Assembly (NCBI GenBank): GCA_009103225.1
Contig: RHPI01001428.1
Span: 432,158 to 496,157 of the forward strand
Reading direction: 5' to 3'
DNA from: Chlorokybus atmophyticus
Lineage: Eukaryota > Plantae > Mesostigma and Chlorokybus algae
DNA: 64,000 nt
Part shown: in pieces, positions 51,401-63,600 of the stretch
Numbering within the stretch: position 1 is the first letter of the stretch
Layout of the letters: each line of letters begins with the position of its first letter
Notes under the pieces: generated by a model
What the model was told of the DNA's origin: nothing
The model's input: the letters and a program-made list of their open reading frames with translations, nothing else
Databases searched by the model: none
Program-made: the position numbers and the translations under genes

Positions 51401-54400
51401 AACACCTTCGCCTCTTCCTGAGCATTGACACAGCAGCAGTGAGACATTGACTGCATCATTGTCATGACCAAAGAGGCACCATTTTCGCATGTTGTGCAAG
51501 CACCCCTGGCACGTTGACTACCTGAGCTGCAGATTCAGCAGCTTCCAAAGCAGCTCGGTTCTTTTCAGCAGAAGCCTCTTGCAACCGCACCAGCGCTGAG
51601 TAAGCACTGTCTGGGCGGGAGATGAGCTCGTGATGGGTGCCCTGAGGCACGACATGGGAAATCCACAGTCAGCCCGCACGCCTACAGACCTGGTCTCAAG
51701 ATTGCCTGAGATGGTATTTATACCTCCTCAATGATGCTGCCACGCTGCACGACGCAGATACGAGATGCCGTGCGAATGGTGCTCAGCCTGTGTGCGATGA
51801 CGATGGTTGTGCGTCCCACCATGAGCTTGTCAAGGGCCTCTTGCACAACGCGCTCCGACTCTGCACGTCAGGTGTAACACCTGTTAGTGATGTGAAAGTA
51901 ATATGATCACATGTGCTTAGCTGGCTGGTGTGTGTACCTGTATCAAGTGCTGAAGTGGCTTCATCAAGCAGGAGGATGCGTGGATCCTTCAAAACGGCGC
52001 GAGCGATAGCAATCCTGCAAGCAGAGATTGTTCGGCAACGGTTGTACGTGTACAAATAAACATAGAGCTAACCATCAACCATCTGCCTACCTTTGCTTCT
52101 GTCCTCCTGACAGCTGCACGCCACGCTCACCGACCTGGGTCTCATACCTATCACATGAAGTACTCATTGTCAGTACCTGTTGAGTTGTGTTCGTTGCAGG
52201 CTCTTAAGAGCAAACCCACTCACCCGTCTGGCAATGAGGAGATAAAGTTATGCGCATTTGCTGACTTGCAAGCTGAGATGATCTCGTCCATAGTGGCTGC
52301 AGGCTTGCCAAACTCAATGTTTTTGCGGATCGTGGTTGCAAACAGCGCTGGTTCTTGACTGACCAGACCAATGTGCTCCCGGAGCCACTTTAACTGCAAC
52401 CTCTTCAGCTCCACTCCATCCAACATAACTGAGCCCTCGAGCGGGTCATAGAAGCGCTCCACCAAGCTTACTACCGTGCTCTGCATGAGGGTCACTCACT
52501 CACTCACTAACTCAACCACTACAAGCAGAGCGACAACTGTGTCATAACAAGCAGGGGGTAGCTCACCTTGCCACTGCCGCTCTCCCCGACCAGAGCCACA
52601 GTTTCACCCGGCTTGACCACCAGATTGAAGTTGTTGAAGATGACCTGTTCGGGTCGCGAAGGGTACGCAAACCTGATGTTCGTCAGGGTGACTTCGCCGC
52701 GAACCGCTGCCGGTGTTTCCCCGCTAAGGTCGGACACATCGATGACGGCGTGTCGCTCAATAGTCTGGAACACATTGTATGCGGCAGCTTGGGCTGCAGC
52801 AAACTTTCCAAGATGAGGGGTGCCTTGCCCAATGCCAAACCCAGCGATCAGGACCGCAAAGAAGGTGGCGAGGATGTCTCCACCGGTTTGGCCATCATCA
52901 ATGATCAACTTGGAGCCATACCACAGAGCCAGCGCACAAGTACCATAGAACGTGAAGTAAGTGAACGCCAAGCCGAAACCGGACTGCCAAGCATTCCGTT
53001 TGCCAGACTGCAAAGACTTTGCAAGAGCGTCGGAGTATGACTGCCATGCTTTCTGTTCACCGCCAAAGGCCTTGACTGTGCGAATACAGCTGATGCTCTG
53101 CTCCGCAACACCTCCTGCCTCCGCATATGCTTCCTGTGGGCAGCAAGTAAGTTGTGTTGCAGTTTTGTGACAACCTTACTCACTGTACACGCATACCTGT
53201 CCTTTCTTGGCACTTGATGTTAGAGCCACAGCCATGATCGATCCAGCAAATGCTATGAGAGGAGTAATCGCAATCATGACAAATGTCAACTTCCAGGCGT
53301 ATATCTGCAGACATTGACAAACCATGGGTCAAGAGGCTCTTACTGAGGCAGTGGCACACTGTTATCTAGTACTTACAAAACCGACGGAGTAGCCGGTTAC
53401 AAAAGTTGTAAGATGATGCAGGAAGTTTCCAACCTGTGAGCCAACAACTGTGAGCAAGAGGCCATGCATGTTGTGCCGACAGAAACAAGAGTGCACACTG
53501 CTGCATGCTTACTTTTTCTCCTAGGCCATCTTGAATCGTGATGGTGTCACCAGTTATGTGGCTCACGAGGGAACCGGTGTTCACCTCTGTATCAAAGTAC
53601 CCAACATCTTGACGAAGCACAGCCTGCGAAGGTTGACGATTATAATTGAGTGGAAAACGCAAGGCACACTCTGTCCCTTGGCACATGATGCAATTGCAAA
53701 CTCTGCCTGCCAAAGAGAATCAATAAATGCAATACCTGTAAATACTTTTGTCGAATTCTTGCTGATTGACGCTCGCCAGTCAACATCCAGAAGCCAACTT
53801 CAAGGTACGACACAATCCACGTGACAATCGCCAATAGGAATAGAATGAGGGCATACTGAAGGAGGCAACCATTTGTCAGTTTATATTATCAATCTCACTT
53901 GAAAATTGCAATGCATGCATGGGTGTTGCCTGTCCACATGCGCTGCACCCGAAGTCCTCTACACAACACACACGCACAATCACTAAACCCGCCCACCCAC
54001 GTCGCCACGCGCTCACCCATACGCGCATATGCTCACACACCCATGCGCGCATGCGTGCCGCAGACCTTGTTGACATCATGAACGAGGTTCCCCAAAGTGT
54101 CCTGGCCTTCCGGAGAGGAGCACGCAACTCCGTCTTTTAGGGCGTTACTGCCAAAGCTGTCGGAGAGTCTACCAAAGAGAATTGCAAATGAGGGCATGGT
54201 TGCTCCAGCGAGAATGGCACCGATGGACCCCAGGAGCATCAGCAGCTTGTCTGTGTTGTCGGCATATCTAAACAGCTGGAAGAACGGCACAGCCTTGGAC
54301 TTTTCCTGCAAGGCGGCATTTGCATTACATGCGCTGAGCAGTGCAAAATACACTGCAGCACACGGCAGAGCACCGCACACCACAACGAAATGCAATGCAC

Positions 54401-54688
54401 AGACACAATGCCAGCTGTTCACAATACCGTGGCCTTACGAACCTTCTTAGGCTTGTTGAACAAGGAGTCGTAGAATCCTAGCAGGCCCTTGCGCTTGACA
54501 GGCACGTCATTGTTGGAGTCAGCATGGCCATTGGCAACCACGGGGGCGTCGGCGATAACAGTCGCAGCCAGCTTGCCGCCGGTGGGGGCGGGCTGATGGG
54601 CGGCAACATCCTCGACCACCTCCTTAGCTACACCATTCAAGTGCACGTGCCCATTCTCGCCCGCCCCCGCGGGCGGCTGGGCATTCAT
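48464..54688 (-). CDS. ABCB: full-size ABC transporter, subfamily B (MDR/P-glycoprotein), TMD-NBD-TMD-NBD, multi-exon
   Basis: [24 protein letters not shown], two Walker A motifs ([12 protein letters not shown]), Q-loops GLVSQEP, signatures (L/M)SGGQKQR, Walker [13 protein letters not shown] and H-loops AHRLSTIR. Stop TAA at 48466-48464. Confidence 0.95.
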
Positions 54689-55092
54689 GCCGCCCCTAGC
54701 AGGCGGGGGGCGTCACCCCGGTGCCGCCGTGCCTCAACCAGCAGCGCAGCACACACAGAGTCAGCCCAGAGTCTGCCCAAGCAAGGCGTCAACAATTGAG
54801 AAAAAACGAATGCCTAGCGCGACAATGCCGCCGACCCCACCAACACCGTCCACCCCTTCGCCGCCGACGTCGGCCGCGGCGCTGCCTTAGAGACAGTGGT
54901 GTGTCTCAGTGTCCGAACAAACCGTGGTGTGGAAGGTTAGAGGCGCGAAACCTCAGCACAGTGTCCAGTCGTTCCAAATGCAAGGTCTAGTGCTGCCAGT
55001 TGTGTACACTGCCCAGATTTTCCTTACAGGGAGCCAGTACGCATTGTTTCTGTAATGTGCGGCAAATGTATGTTTGCATTCTGCACACGTTT

Positions 55093-55135
55093 AATGTGCT
55101 GTACCCGTACAGGCAATGCACGGGTACAGCACATT
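55093..55135. repeat. perfect 16-bp inverted repeat upstream of ABCB
   Basis: AATGTGCTGTACCCGT-(11 nt)-ACGGGTACAGCACATT. Confidence 0.93.
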
Positions 55136-55422
55136 GAACCTGACGCCTTGGTACGCGCAAAACGGATGCAACGGTTGACTTTCATCATGACGCCGTGCGA
55201 ACGGTTCTCGTCTGAAATAAACCCGTGGTCGTCGTTGAGCTACAAGGTGAGACAACTCAGGCATCAAAACTTACGAGTCATATTCCACAAATCATACCGT
55301 GTTTGTGCGACATACAACCCCTCACAAGCCCCCCCCCCCCCCAAAAGTAACAATGAGGGGTGTTGTGTTAGGGCTGCATTTTGTTTAGAAAAAGGGGGTA
55401 ACAAACCCCCGCCCCCCCCCCC

Positions 55423-55432
55423 NNNNNNNNNN
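55423..55432. other. assembly gap (N run)
   Basis: 10 N between C runs. Confidence 0.99.
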
Positions 55433-55545
55433 CCCCCCCCCCCCCCCCCCCTCCCGCCAAAAAAAGCAAAATCAACGGAGGGTGTTGTGATAGTGGTGGT
55501 GGGGGCATTTGCAGAGATACAGCAATCTACAAGTTATGACTCATG

Positions 55546-56454
55546 ATCCATGGGCCATTTCATGATGACAATAACTTACACCACTCAACATGATAAGTAC
55601 ATATGGTCGTCTCTCTGTCACTTGACTACGGCTGCGCAAAGTTGTTTTATTTATAAATCAAGTCTCATCATTGGTATAAGGGGTTGTGTGCACAATCACT
55701 TTAGGTCATGACTTGTGCATGCTTTATTAAAAAGCCTTCATGTCAATGAAGCAACGTGTGCACTTTGCCTACATGTAGGCAAAGTAGTAGAGATTGTGCA
55801 TTTGCGTGCTTATTGATTGGCTCACGTATGTGCTAAAATACACTTAACATAAATAAAGGTGTATATATTGTACAAAAGCCAAGCTGATACTGAGTTTATG
55901 CATATACATAATTCAAGATGCATCACGCGAACATTCTCATAAATTAAAGCATTCTTGGTTTTGTAAGTTGCTAAAATTACCGTTTTACGGCATGCTGCCA
56001 TGATGTATTATACCATAAATACAACAATTAACGTTAATTGTTACCGTCATACAATATGAATGACAGACGCCACGCAATGGCACTACATGGCTTTTATTAT
56101 TGTTTAAATAACATGTTGCATGTTTCAAAGCATGCATCATAATCTGTGCATATTACGCATCTTGTAAGAACATCACAGTGTGTCCAATCATTCATAAAAG
56201 CAACGCCATAATTCATGGTTGCACACTTTACACCCCTCCATACCACTCCTCTTATTAAACAATAACATTCACCGCACATTGTGCATGCCACACTCATGTG
56301 ATTATAAGAACGATAAGTACCATGCGTGAGGATTAACACTGTCACAGCCCACTCGACCACAAAAGACTTGGTGCTTTTATGGTCGATTTGTGGTAACTTA
56401 ATGTACCTTCCCGTTACATTCCCCCCACTTAAGAACGCTGACGTCCTCGGCAGC
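55546..56454 (-). mobile_element. 3' end of a second, minus-strand Ty3/gypsy-type element: AGGA hairpin + PPT + LTR starting at 56418 (far end of LTR undefined)
   Basis: The minus strand reads GAGGACGTCAGCGTTCTTAAGTGGGGGGAA|TGTAACGG, matching GAGGACATTGAAACCTAAGTGGGGGGGAA|TGTAACGG of the intact element. The sequences diverge beyond TGTAACGG. The left coordinate is only the approximate edge of the AT-rich block. Confidence 0.7.
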
Positions 56455-56927
56455 TGGCGCCCATCAGCTGGGGAATCTTCCCAGGGGTCTGATTTAGGTC
56501 GGTCACCGGCCCCACCACCCAAGGACCGGCTAATTTAGGCCCATACCGGTCAACGCGCGCATACCGCACCTCTGCCGGCCCCACAGGTCGCATCACGACA
56601 GGCAGGTCGCGTCCTGCCGCGCCGACTGAACTGGTCAGTCCAACGCGACTGCCATTACAGCCGGAAAGCCCAGCGGCCTGTTTTGGTGAGCATTGGATGT
56701 GGCCGTGCGATCTATATGTGCTGTGTGTGGCCTCGATCTCGTGTGACGAGTTGCGAGCCGCGTGATATGCCGCTGACCAACAAGTGACTGGTGTTGTATA
56801 GATTTGGGTCAGTTTTTGTGACTCGTTTTTGGTATCGTGTTCGTCAGCTGGTCCAGCCGCCATTCACAGTGATGCGCTTCCGGGGCGCTGTGACTCGTGA
56901 AACTTTGGCGCCCTGGCCGGCGGCGGG

Positions 56928-59900
56928 ATGGGCGACGCTGACGCTGAGGGTGGCGGCGGTGTGCTTGAGCCTGCAAATGCGGTGGGAGGGGGGTGTAGTC
57001 AGGTTTAGATGTCGCAGGTCCCGGCAGTTGATGAGCTTGAGCAGGTGGCGACGGCGCCGCCTGTGCATCAGAAGAAGACCAAGCGGAAGTCTCATGCCAG
57101 CGCCACGAAGCAGCTGCTGAGCGCAGCCCAGAAACGCACGGCCCACGCCACTGCCCAGAAGCTGTCTCTGGCAAGGTGCAAGGAGCGTCAGGATGCAATG
57201 TGGGGTACGGTGCGTAGAGACTGCAAGCTCAGTAGCTTGCAGTCTGTGTATACTGTGCAGTTGTATGCGTTGACGCATGGCCTGATGTGGCGCCTCAATC
57301 CTGACGATGACTCGCTAACCAAGGTTGAGGTAAGTGCTGTTCCTGACCTACAAATGTGCTCATGCTGGGTGCGCACCCCTAGCGAATTTATTCACGTATT
57401 TGTAACTGTGCGCAGGGCGAGTTTGTGGAGCGTGCACCTGCAGCCGTTGTAGCTACTGCAACTTCTGCACCAGAGCGCCTGAGTGCTCCAGAGTCATCGC
57501 TGCCCGTGCCAGCAACCACCCCTTCCCCCAATTCGGTTCAGCCCAGCATGCAGGAGGGGGGTATGTGCTCTGATTCTTTCCCCACGCAGCAGATCTCTGA
57601 GTCCCCCCCTGTTCTACCCCTGCAAGCGCCAGTGCAGCCCCATGTCATGTACATCCAGACGCCTGATGTGAGTAGCTTCTGACTGCTGAACATGTACTAT
57701 GTTGGGGTCAACTATGCGACACAATGCATCTGCTGGCAGGGGGAGTATGTAGCTGTGCAGCCTGTGGCGAGGCCTGTGTGTTCGCAGCAGGGCAACCGTC
57801 CAGGCACCAGTGCACCAAGCATGAATGGAGTGTCCAGAGGGTTAGGCCAGCCGGGTAGTAGATCAGTACCGGGATTGGTTGGTGGTAGCAGCCAAGGGTC
57901 TCAGTACTCAACAGGCACCACAGGTGTGCCTATGTATAATCGTCGCTTCCCATCCAGCTATTCATGAACACTTGATGTAACATATACTTGTCGTCGCGTA
58001 TGTACAGCAGAAGAAGCCTTGATTGTAATGTTTGTTGGTTTGTGCAGGCATTTCAGTGGGAATGCGCACGCGTGTGAGAACATGCAGGTCTTGCATGCGC
58101 ACTCGGAACGAGCTACGTGCATGCCTTGATAGGAATATAGAGTTGGAATCGCAACTAGCAGAATTGCAATTGTACATATCTCAAATAGAATCAGTGGAAT
58201 ATTTGCAAGCTGAGCGACCCACGCATGTGAGTGGGTCAGGGGTGTCAGAGACGCGAGACTCCACACCTCTTCACAATGATGATGAATACGCTTGCGAAGA
58301 CCATTCCAGGATTGGTGGATTGATGGATCACAACAATGTGCAGAGGCAATTTGAAGAGGCTGCATGCGAGGTGGGATTGCATGTACTTTCTTAGGGTATA
58401 TGCTCAGTGGCTGCTTGCAATGTATGGATAGAACAATGGCTGTTATGTACTGTCTTAACTATGAGTCTAACATTTAGTGAAACAGCATAACACGGTTGAG
58501 CATTTCGAGGAAGAAGCGGACAAGCTTCGCACGGAGATTCATGCCTTGACTGTCGTGTGTTCGGTGCGCTGCCTTGGCTGCGTAGAACACCAGTGCTGTT
58601 TAAAACCCCAGCGCCTGTAATAAGCGAAGGTGTTGACTGAAAGTGGAGTGCCAGGAACTAGAAGACTTGATAGAGGCCCATCAAATGCAGGCCTCGCAGC
58701 ATACAATTGTTGTAACCAATCTACGGGAACAGGTAAGGAGACTGGGTGAGGACTGTGATCTGGGCAAGCACCAACACGCAGAGAACGAAGCACATTGGCA
58801 TACCCAGTGTGACTTGCTGCTGACAGACAAACAGGCAAGCCATTGTGCAGCATGCATCTTGTAGGTCACTCGCTGACCCATGTTGCCTACTGCCGCAGAG
58901 TTTGAGTGCTAGAGTTGTGGTATTGGAGTCACAACTAGCAGCAGCAGAGTGCTTGCAGCAAAATTCTGCAGCTGGCCGGTCACAAGCTGAGGCAGACATA
59001 GAGGTCTTGAAACGAAGGATCCATGCTTTGGAAGCTGCTGCAGGACAAGCACCATATACTCCATCCAGATCTGAGCAGACAAATAATTCTCGTGAGGGGG
59101 GGCACGAGTCGCAATACATGCCGCGAACACCAGAGTTGCTTGCAAAATGGAGAGCGCGGGCTTCTGCTATAATTGGCAACTCACCTCTGGACTTGGCTGC
59201 CAAGCATGTCGCAGACGAGTTGACTCCTGCAGATGCATGTGTACTGCTGGGTGAGGTTGCAGCAGTCTTTAGTGTCGAGAGGAGACACCTGATGAACCTG
59301 TGTAAGAGTGTATTTGGTGATCTGTTGCGAGTGCACACTTCAAGTAGGCGATTGGGCTCTCTGCTGCTAGTTGTGTGGTCAGACCCTATCAGTTGCCTGA
59401 TGCAGCGAGTACAGACAACCAAGGACTCTGTCACGCGCAATTGAGCCCATGGGGCCAGCGTGGACGCACCTGTTCATGAGCTCAGCAATCAAGTGCTGGA
59501 CCACATTGCCAAGCTCATGACAATGGAGACTAGGCAGCGGGCCAAGTTGAATGCAGTCGGTGTTGTGGACTTGAGGACGCTTAAGATCTATGAAGACTTG
59601 AAGCCCTTGAGTGCTGATGTAGAGCAACTGTTTGCTGCCTTATGTGGCCTCCGGAGCCTGCTGAAAAGGCCATCAACCTCGTCAAATCCCGCACAAAGGG
59701 TGCACTCTTTGCGCGTGCAGTCAGCGTACCTGTTTGCTTCTGCTCTCTACATGCGCAACAACAAAGCGCACTCCAAACTGCATGTCTCGCTGGCCGATGC
59801 GACTGATGGCCTCAGCCATTCGTCACTGTTAATGAAGTTGCTCAACCACCTGAGCATTTGTGTCAGCAAGCCCACCCTGAATCGGTTAGCGCCAACACAG

Positions 59901-60178
59901 TCATTGCATGCAGTACCTTCTGCTTTCACTTCATGAGCTTTGCATCACGCAGGCACATATCTTCTAGGGCCAACATAGTGCTGAGCAACCCAGCTCCTGT
60001 GGATATTCACAGTGGGGACTTTGTGCTGGCCTCAATTGACAATTGGGACTGCAAAAGCTCACATTCCCTCAGGTTCAATGGCCGTCTCGACCAAGACCTG
60101 CATTGCACCACCACACAAGTGGTCATTCCACAACCCTTATGCGATGTGCAGCTGCCAGCATTCCCGTCACAAGTGCAG
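56928..60178 (+). mobile_element. spliced putative DNA-transposon gene (coiled-coil N-part, DUF6589/Academ-like transposase segment), interrupted by the LTR element and possibly pseudogenised
   Basis: Several GT-AG exons with basic and coiled-coil segments. The C-proximal part reads ALYMRNNK..KLHVSLAD...LMKLLNHLSICVSKPTLNR|...FVLASIDNWD...LHCTTTQVV, which I recall as resembling uncharacterised DUF6589-type transposase-like proteins (not verified). An in-frame TGA at 59442-59444 is unresolved. Confidence 0.45.
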
Positions 60179-60241
60179 GTGGGTGCAGTATGCAATGATA
60201 CCTATGTGTGTACATACACTCTTGTTGTTGACATGCTGTGC

Positions 60242-60587
60242 TGTAACGGTGTGCTACCTCCATAGAGGTTCCCCGCCCTTATTTAGGATTAAATAAGGGT
60301 CCCAACGGGATTATACAGTCTATTAAGCCATATTAGGGCCGTTAACCTAGTGTTAAGGCCCTAATGTAGTGTTACTTAATTGTAACACTGATATCGACAT
60401 GAGACATGAGTCTCATGTCGATATCAGCCGTATGGCGGCGCTGCTAACGCAGCGGCCGCCATAGCCAGGGGATCTTCTGCTCCGGCGGATTCCCCTGGCG
60501 GCGGCGGCGGTGGCGTCGTGGCTGGTGGTGGTGTTGGGGTAGGGGATTAAAGGGAGGAGGGGGCACACCCCCTCTAGTCTCTTTACA
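60242..60587 (+). repeat. 5' LTR (346 bp)
   Basis: TG...CA termini with a TGTAA/TTACA terminal inverted repeat. Direct repeat at 63774. Confidence 0.95.
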
Positions 60588-60588
60588 T

Positions 60589-60600
60589 TGGTATCGGAGC
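60589..60600 (+). promoter_or_regulatory. primer-binding site for initiator tRNA-Met
   Basis: TGGTATCGGAGC one nt after the LTR, versus canonical TGGTATCAGAGC (the change is G-U compatible). Confidence 0.9.
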
Positions 60601-63600
60601 TTGGATACTGGTGCACGGTTGTGCACAGTGAAAAAGGGTCGTAAGCGTGTAACGTTGTCTGTAAAAGGGTCGCATAGCTTGGAACACAAGCAAACAGACC
60701 CTGCGCTTCTCAGTGCACTTCAGGTGAAGCGTGCGTTGCGTAAAAACACACCGGCTTTCCTTGTGCACTTAACGTCATCTGATGACTTTGTGCCAGGCAG
60801 TACGGCAGGTGTTGCAGACATCATTGAAAAGTATCAGGACATATTCTCAGATGAGTTGCCAGGCTTACCCCCTGATCGAGGTGTCGGACACACCATACCA
60901 CTGATTCCTGATAGTGAGCCTCCATTTCGGCCAATATATAGGCTGAGCCCCAATGAGAGGGGGGAAATGGAAACTCAAATCAAAGAGTTATTGGAAAAGG
61001 GATTGATTAAACCGAGTTCTTCACCCTTTGGCGCACCCATCTTGTTTGTGATAAAAAAGAATGGGAAATTGCGCATGTGTGTAGATTATCGTGCTCTAAA
61101 CAAGATTACGGTAAAGAATCGATACCCGTTACCTCGGATTGATGATGTGTTTGATAAACTGTCGGGTAATGCGTACTTCAGTACGCTAGACTTGACAAGC
61201 GGTTACCATCAAATCCGTATTCACCCTTCTGATGTTTACAAGACAGCATTCAGAACACCTTCAGGTCATTATCAATACAAAGTGTTACCTTTTGGATTGA
61301 CAAATGCACCTGCGGTGTTTCAGAAGGAAATGAATAAGATCTTTGATAACATGCTTGGCAAGCATGTTATGGTTTACTTGGATGACATCATTGTCTTCAG
61401 TAAAACAAAAGAGGAGCACAGAAAGCATCTGGAAGCGGTGTTTGCTTTACTGCGAACACATCGCTTGTTTGCCAACTTGCCAAAGTGTGACTTTGGCAAG
61501 ACAGAGTTGCCATTCTTGGGGCATATTGTGAGTGGTGCGGGTGTCAAACCTGACCCTCGCAAAGTGCAAGTGGTAAAGGATTGGCCTCAACCAAAGAATA
61601 TCCATCAGTTGCGATCATTCTTGGGGTTGGCAAACTATTTTCGCAAGTTTATGATGGGGTACTCTACGGCTGTGATGCCCTTAACAAAACTATTGCGAAA
61701 AGATGCCCCATTCTCTTGGACAGCAGCACAGGAAGCTGCTATGCAACAAGTGAAGCTGGCTTTAACCTCAGCACCAGTGTTGGCACTGCCAAATTGGGAT
61801 AAGCGCTTCACTGTGGTGAGCGATGCCTCCACCCTAGGGTGTGGTGCAGTATTGCTACAGGATAGCAGGCCATGTGCTTATGAGAGTAGAAAATTCATCC
61901 CAGCAGAGGTGAATTACACTACTACTGAGCAAGAGTTGCTGGGTATAGTGCATGCTCTTGAAACTTGGCGATGCTACTTGGAAGGAGTTCAGTTCACAGT
62001 AGTGACTGATCACAACCCATTGGTGTACTTCTCAACACAGCTAAACTTGTCGCGTAGGCAAGCTCGCTGGAATGAGTTTCTGTCGCGGTTTACTTTTGAA
62101 TGGGTATACCGGCCGGGCAAAACCAATGTGGCAGATCCTTTGAGTCGCTGTCCGTCATTGTTGGCAGTTATGCGTGCGCACTTGCTTGCGACGCAAGGTA
62201 CATTGCCTCCTAATGATGAGTTTGTACAAGCTGTTTTACAGGGGTATATTTTGGACCCATGGTTCTCGATGCAAGGGAATGTGCAACAGCTTAACAAACG
62301 AGACAACTTGTATTATATGGGCGCCTGCTTGGTGATACCTAACCATGCTGGGTTGCGCATGAAATGCATAGCTGAAGTACACGATCCACCGTACGCTGGG
62401 CACTTTGGGGGTCGCAAGACTACTAAGGCAGCGCAACAGTTGTACTGGTGGCCATCGTTGCCTGTTGACGTAAAGCAATATGTTGACACGTGTGACAAAT
62501 GTCAGCGTGACAAACCGTTACGTCAGAAACCCGCTGGGTTGCTGCGACCTTTGCCTGTTCCTGATGGCAAGTGGGAAAGTGTGAGTATGGACCTGATTGT
62601 TGAGCTCCCTGAGACAGCATTTGGGCACACAGCGGTTGCAGTTTTTGTGGACCGTTTAACAAAAATGGTTCACATCGTCCCTTGCCGCACGGAAATAGGC
62701 TCCCGTGAGTTAGCGATGGTTTTTGTCGCCTCTGTGTTTAAGTTGCATGGTTTGCCTCGCAACTTTGTGTCTGATCGCGATCCGCGATTTGTGTCTCAGT
62801 TCTGGAAGTCGCTATGCAGCTTCTTACATATTCAGCAGAACATGAGCACAGCTTATCATCCACAAACGGATGGTCAGACAGAGCGCGCCAATCAAGTGAT
62901 TGAGGAAACCATTCGGCATTATGTGAGTCCAAACCAGTCTGACTGGGATATCTATCTCCCAATGGCTGAGTTTGCGATTAACAATGCTTGGCAAGAGAGT
63001 GTGCAGGAAACTCCGTTTTTCTTGAACTACGGAGTGCATCCACTAAGTCCTGCGAACATCAAGTTGCCCGCTACCGACATAACTCGCGTACCTGCAGCAC
63101 GCGAGATGGCTTCGGCCATGCAGGATAGGCTAGCGCTGGCAAAGGACTGTCTGCGCGCAGCGCAAGACAGACAAAAAGCCCATGCTGATGCGCATCGTAG
63201 AGAGGCCAGCTACGATGTGGGCTGTTCGGTGCTTTTAAGTACCAAAAACATATCCATTAAGGGAGTGGGTACCCGCAAGTTTTTCCCTCGCTGGATAGGC
63301 CCTTTCAAGGTAATTGATCGGGTCGGCACTCACGCGTATCGTTTGGAATTGCCAAAGTCAATACGCATTCACAATGTGTTTCACGTGAGTGTAATGAAAC
63401 CGTATCGTTCTGACGGTCGGGTTCAACCTCCTCCACCCCCCGTTGCAGTGGATGGCGACGATACTTTCGAGTATGAGGTGGAAGCAGTCCTAAGTCATCG
63501 TAAGCCTCGGCGCGGACGCGCGCCGTCTTACTTGGTGAAATGGAAAGGGTATGGTGTTGAACACAATACATGGGAGCCCGAAAGGAATCTTACCAACTGC

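Noticed and set aside
59442-59444. In-frame TGA in the transposase-like gene as selenocysteine or programmed readthrough
   Set aside because: No supporting context. A CGA>TGA decay mutation or an unrecognised intron is simpler.
60601-60615. LDTGA at the start of pol as the aspartic protease active site
   Set aside because: It is followed by RLCTVKKGRKRVTL and then RT within ~75 aa, with no flap or ILG motif. It fits the post-protease linker, so the match is treated as coincidental.
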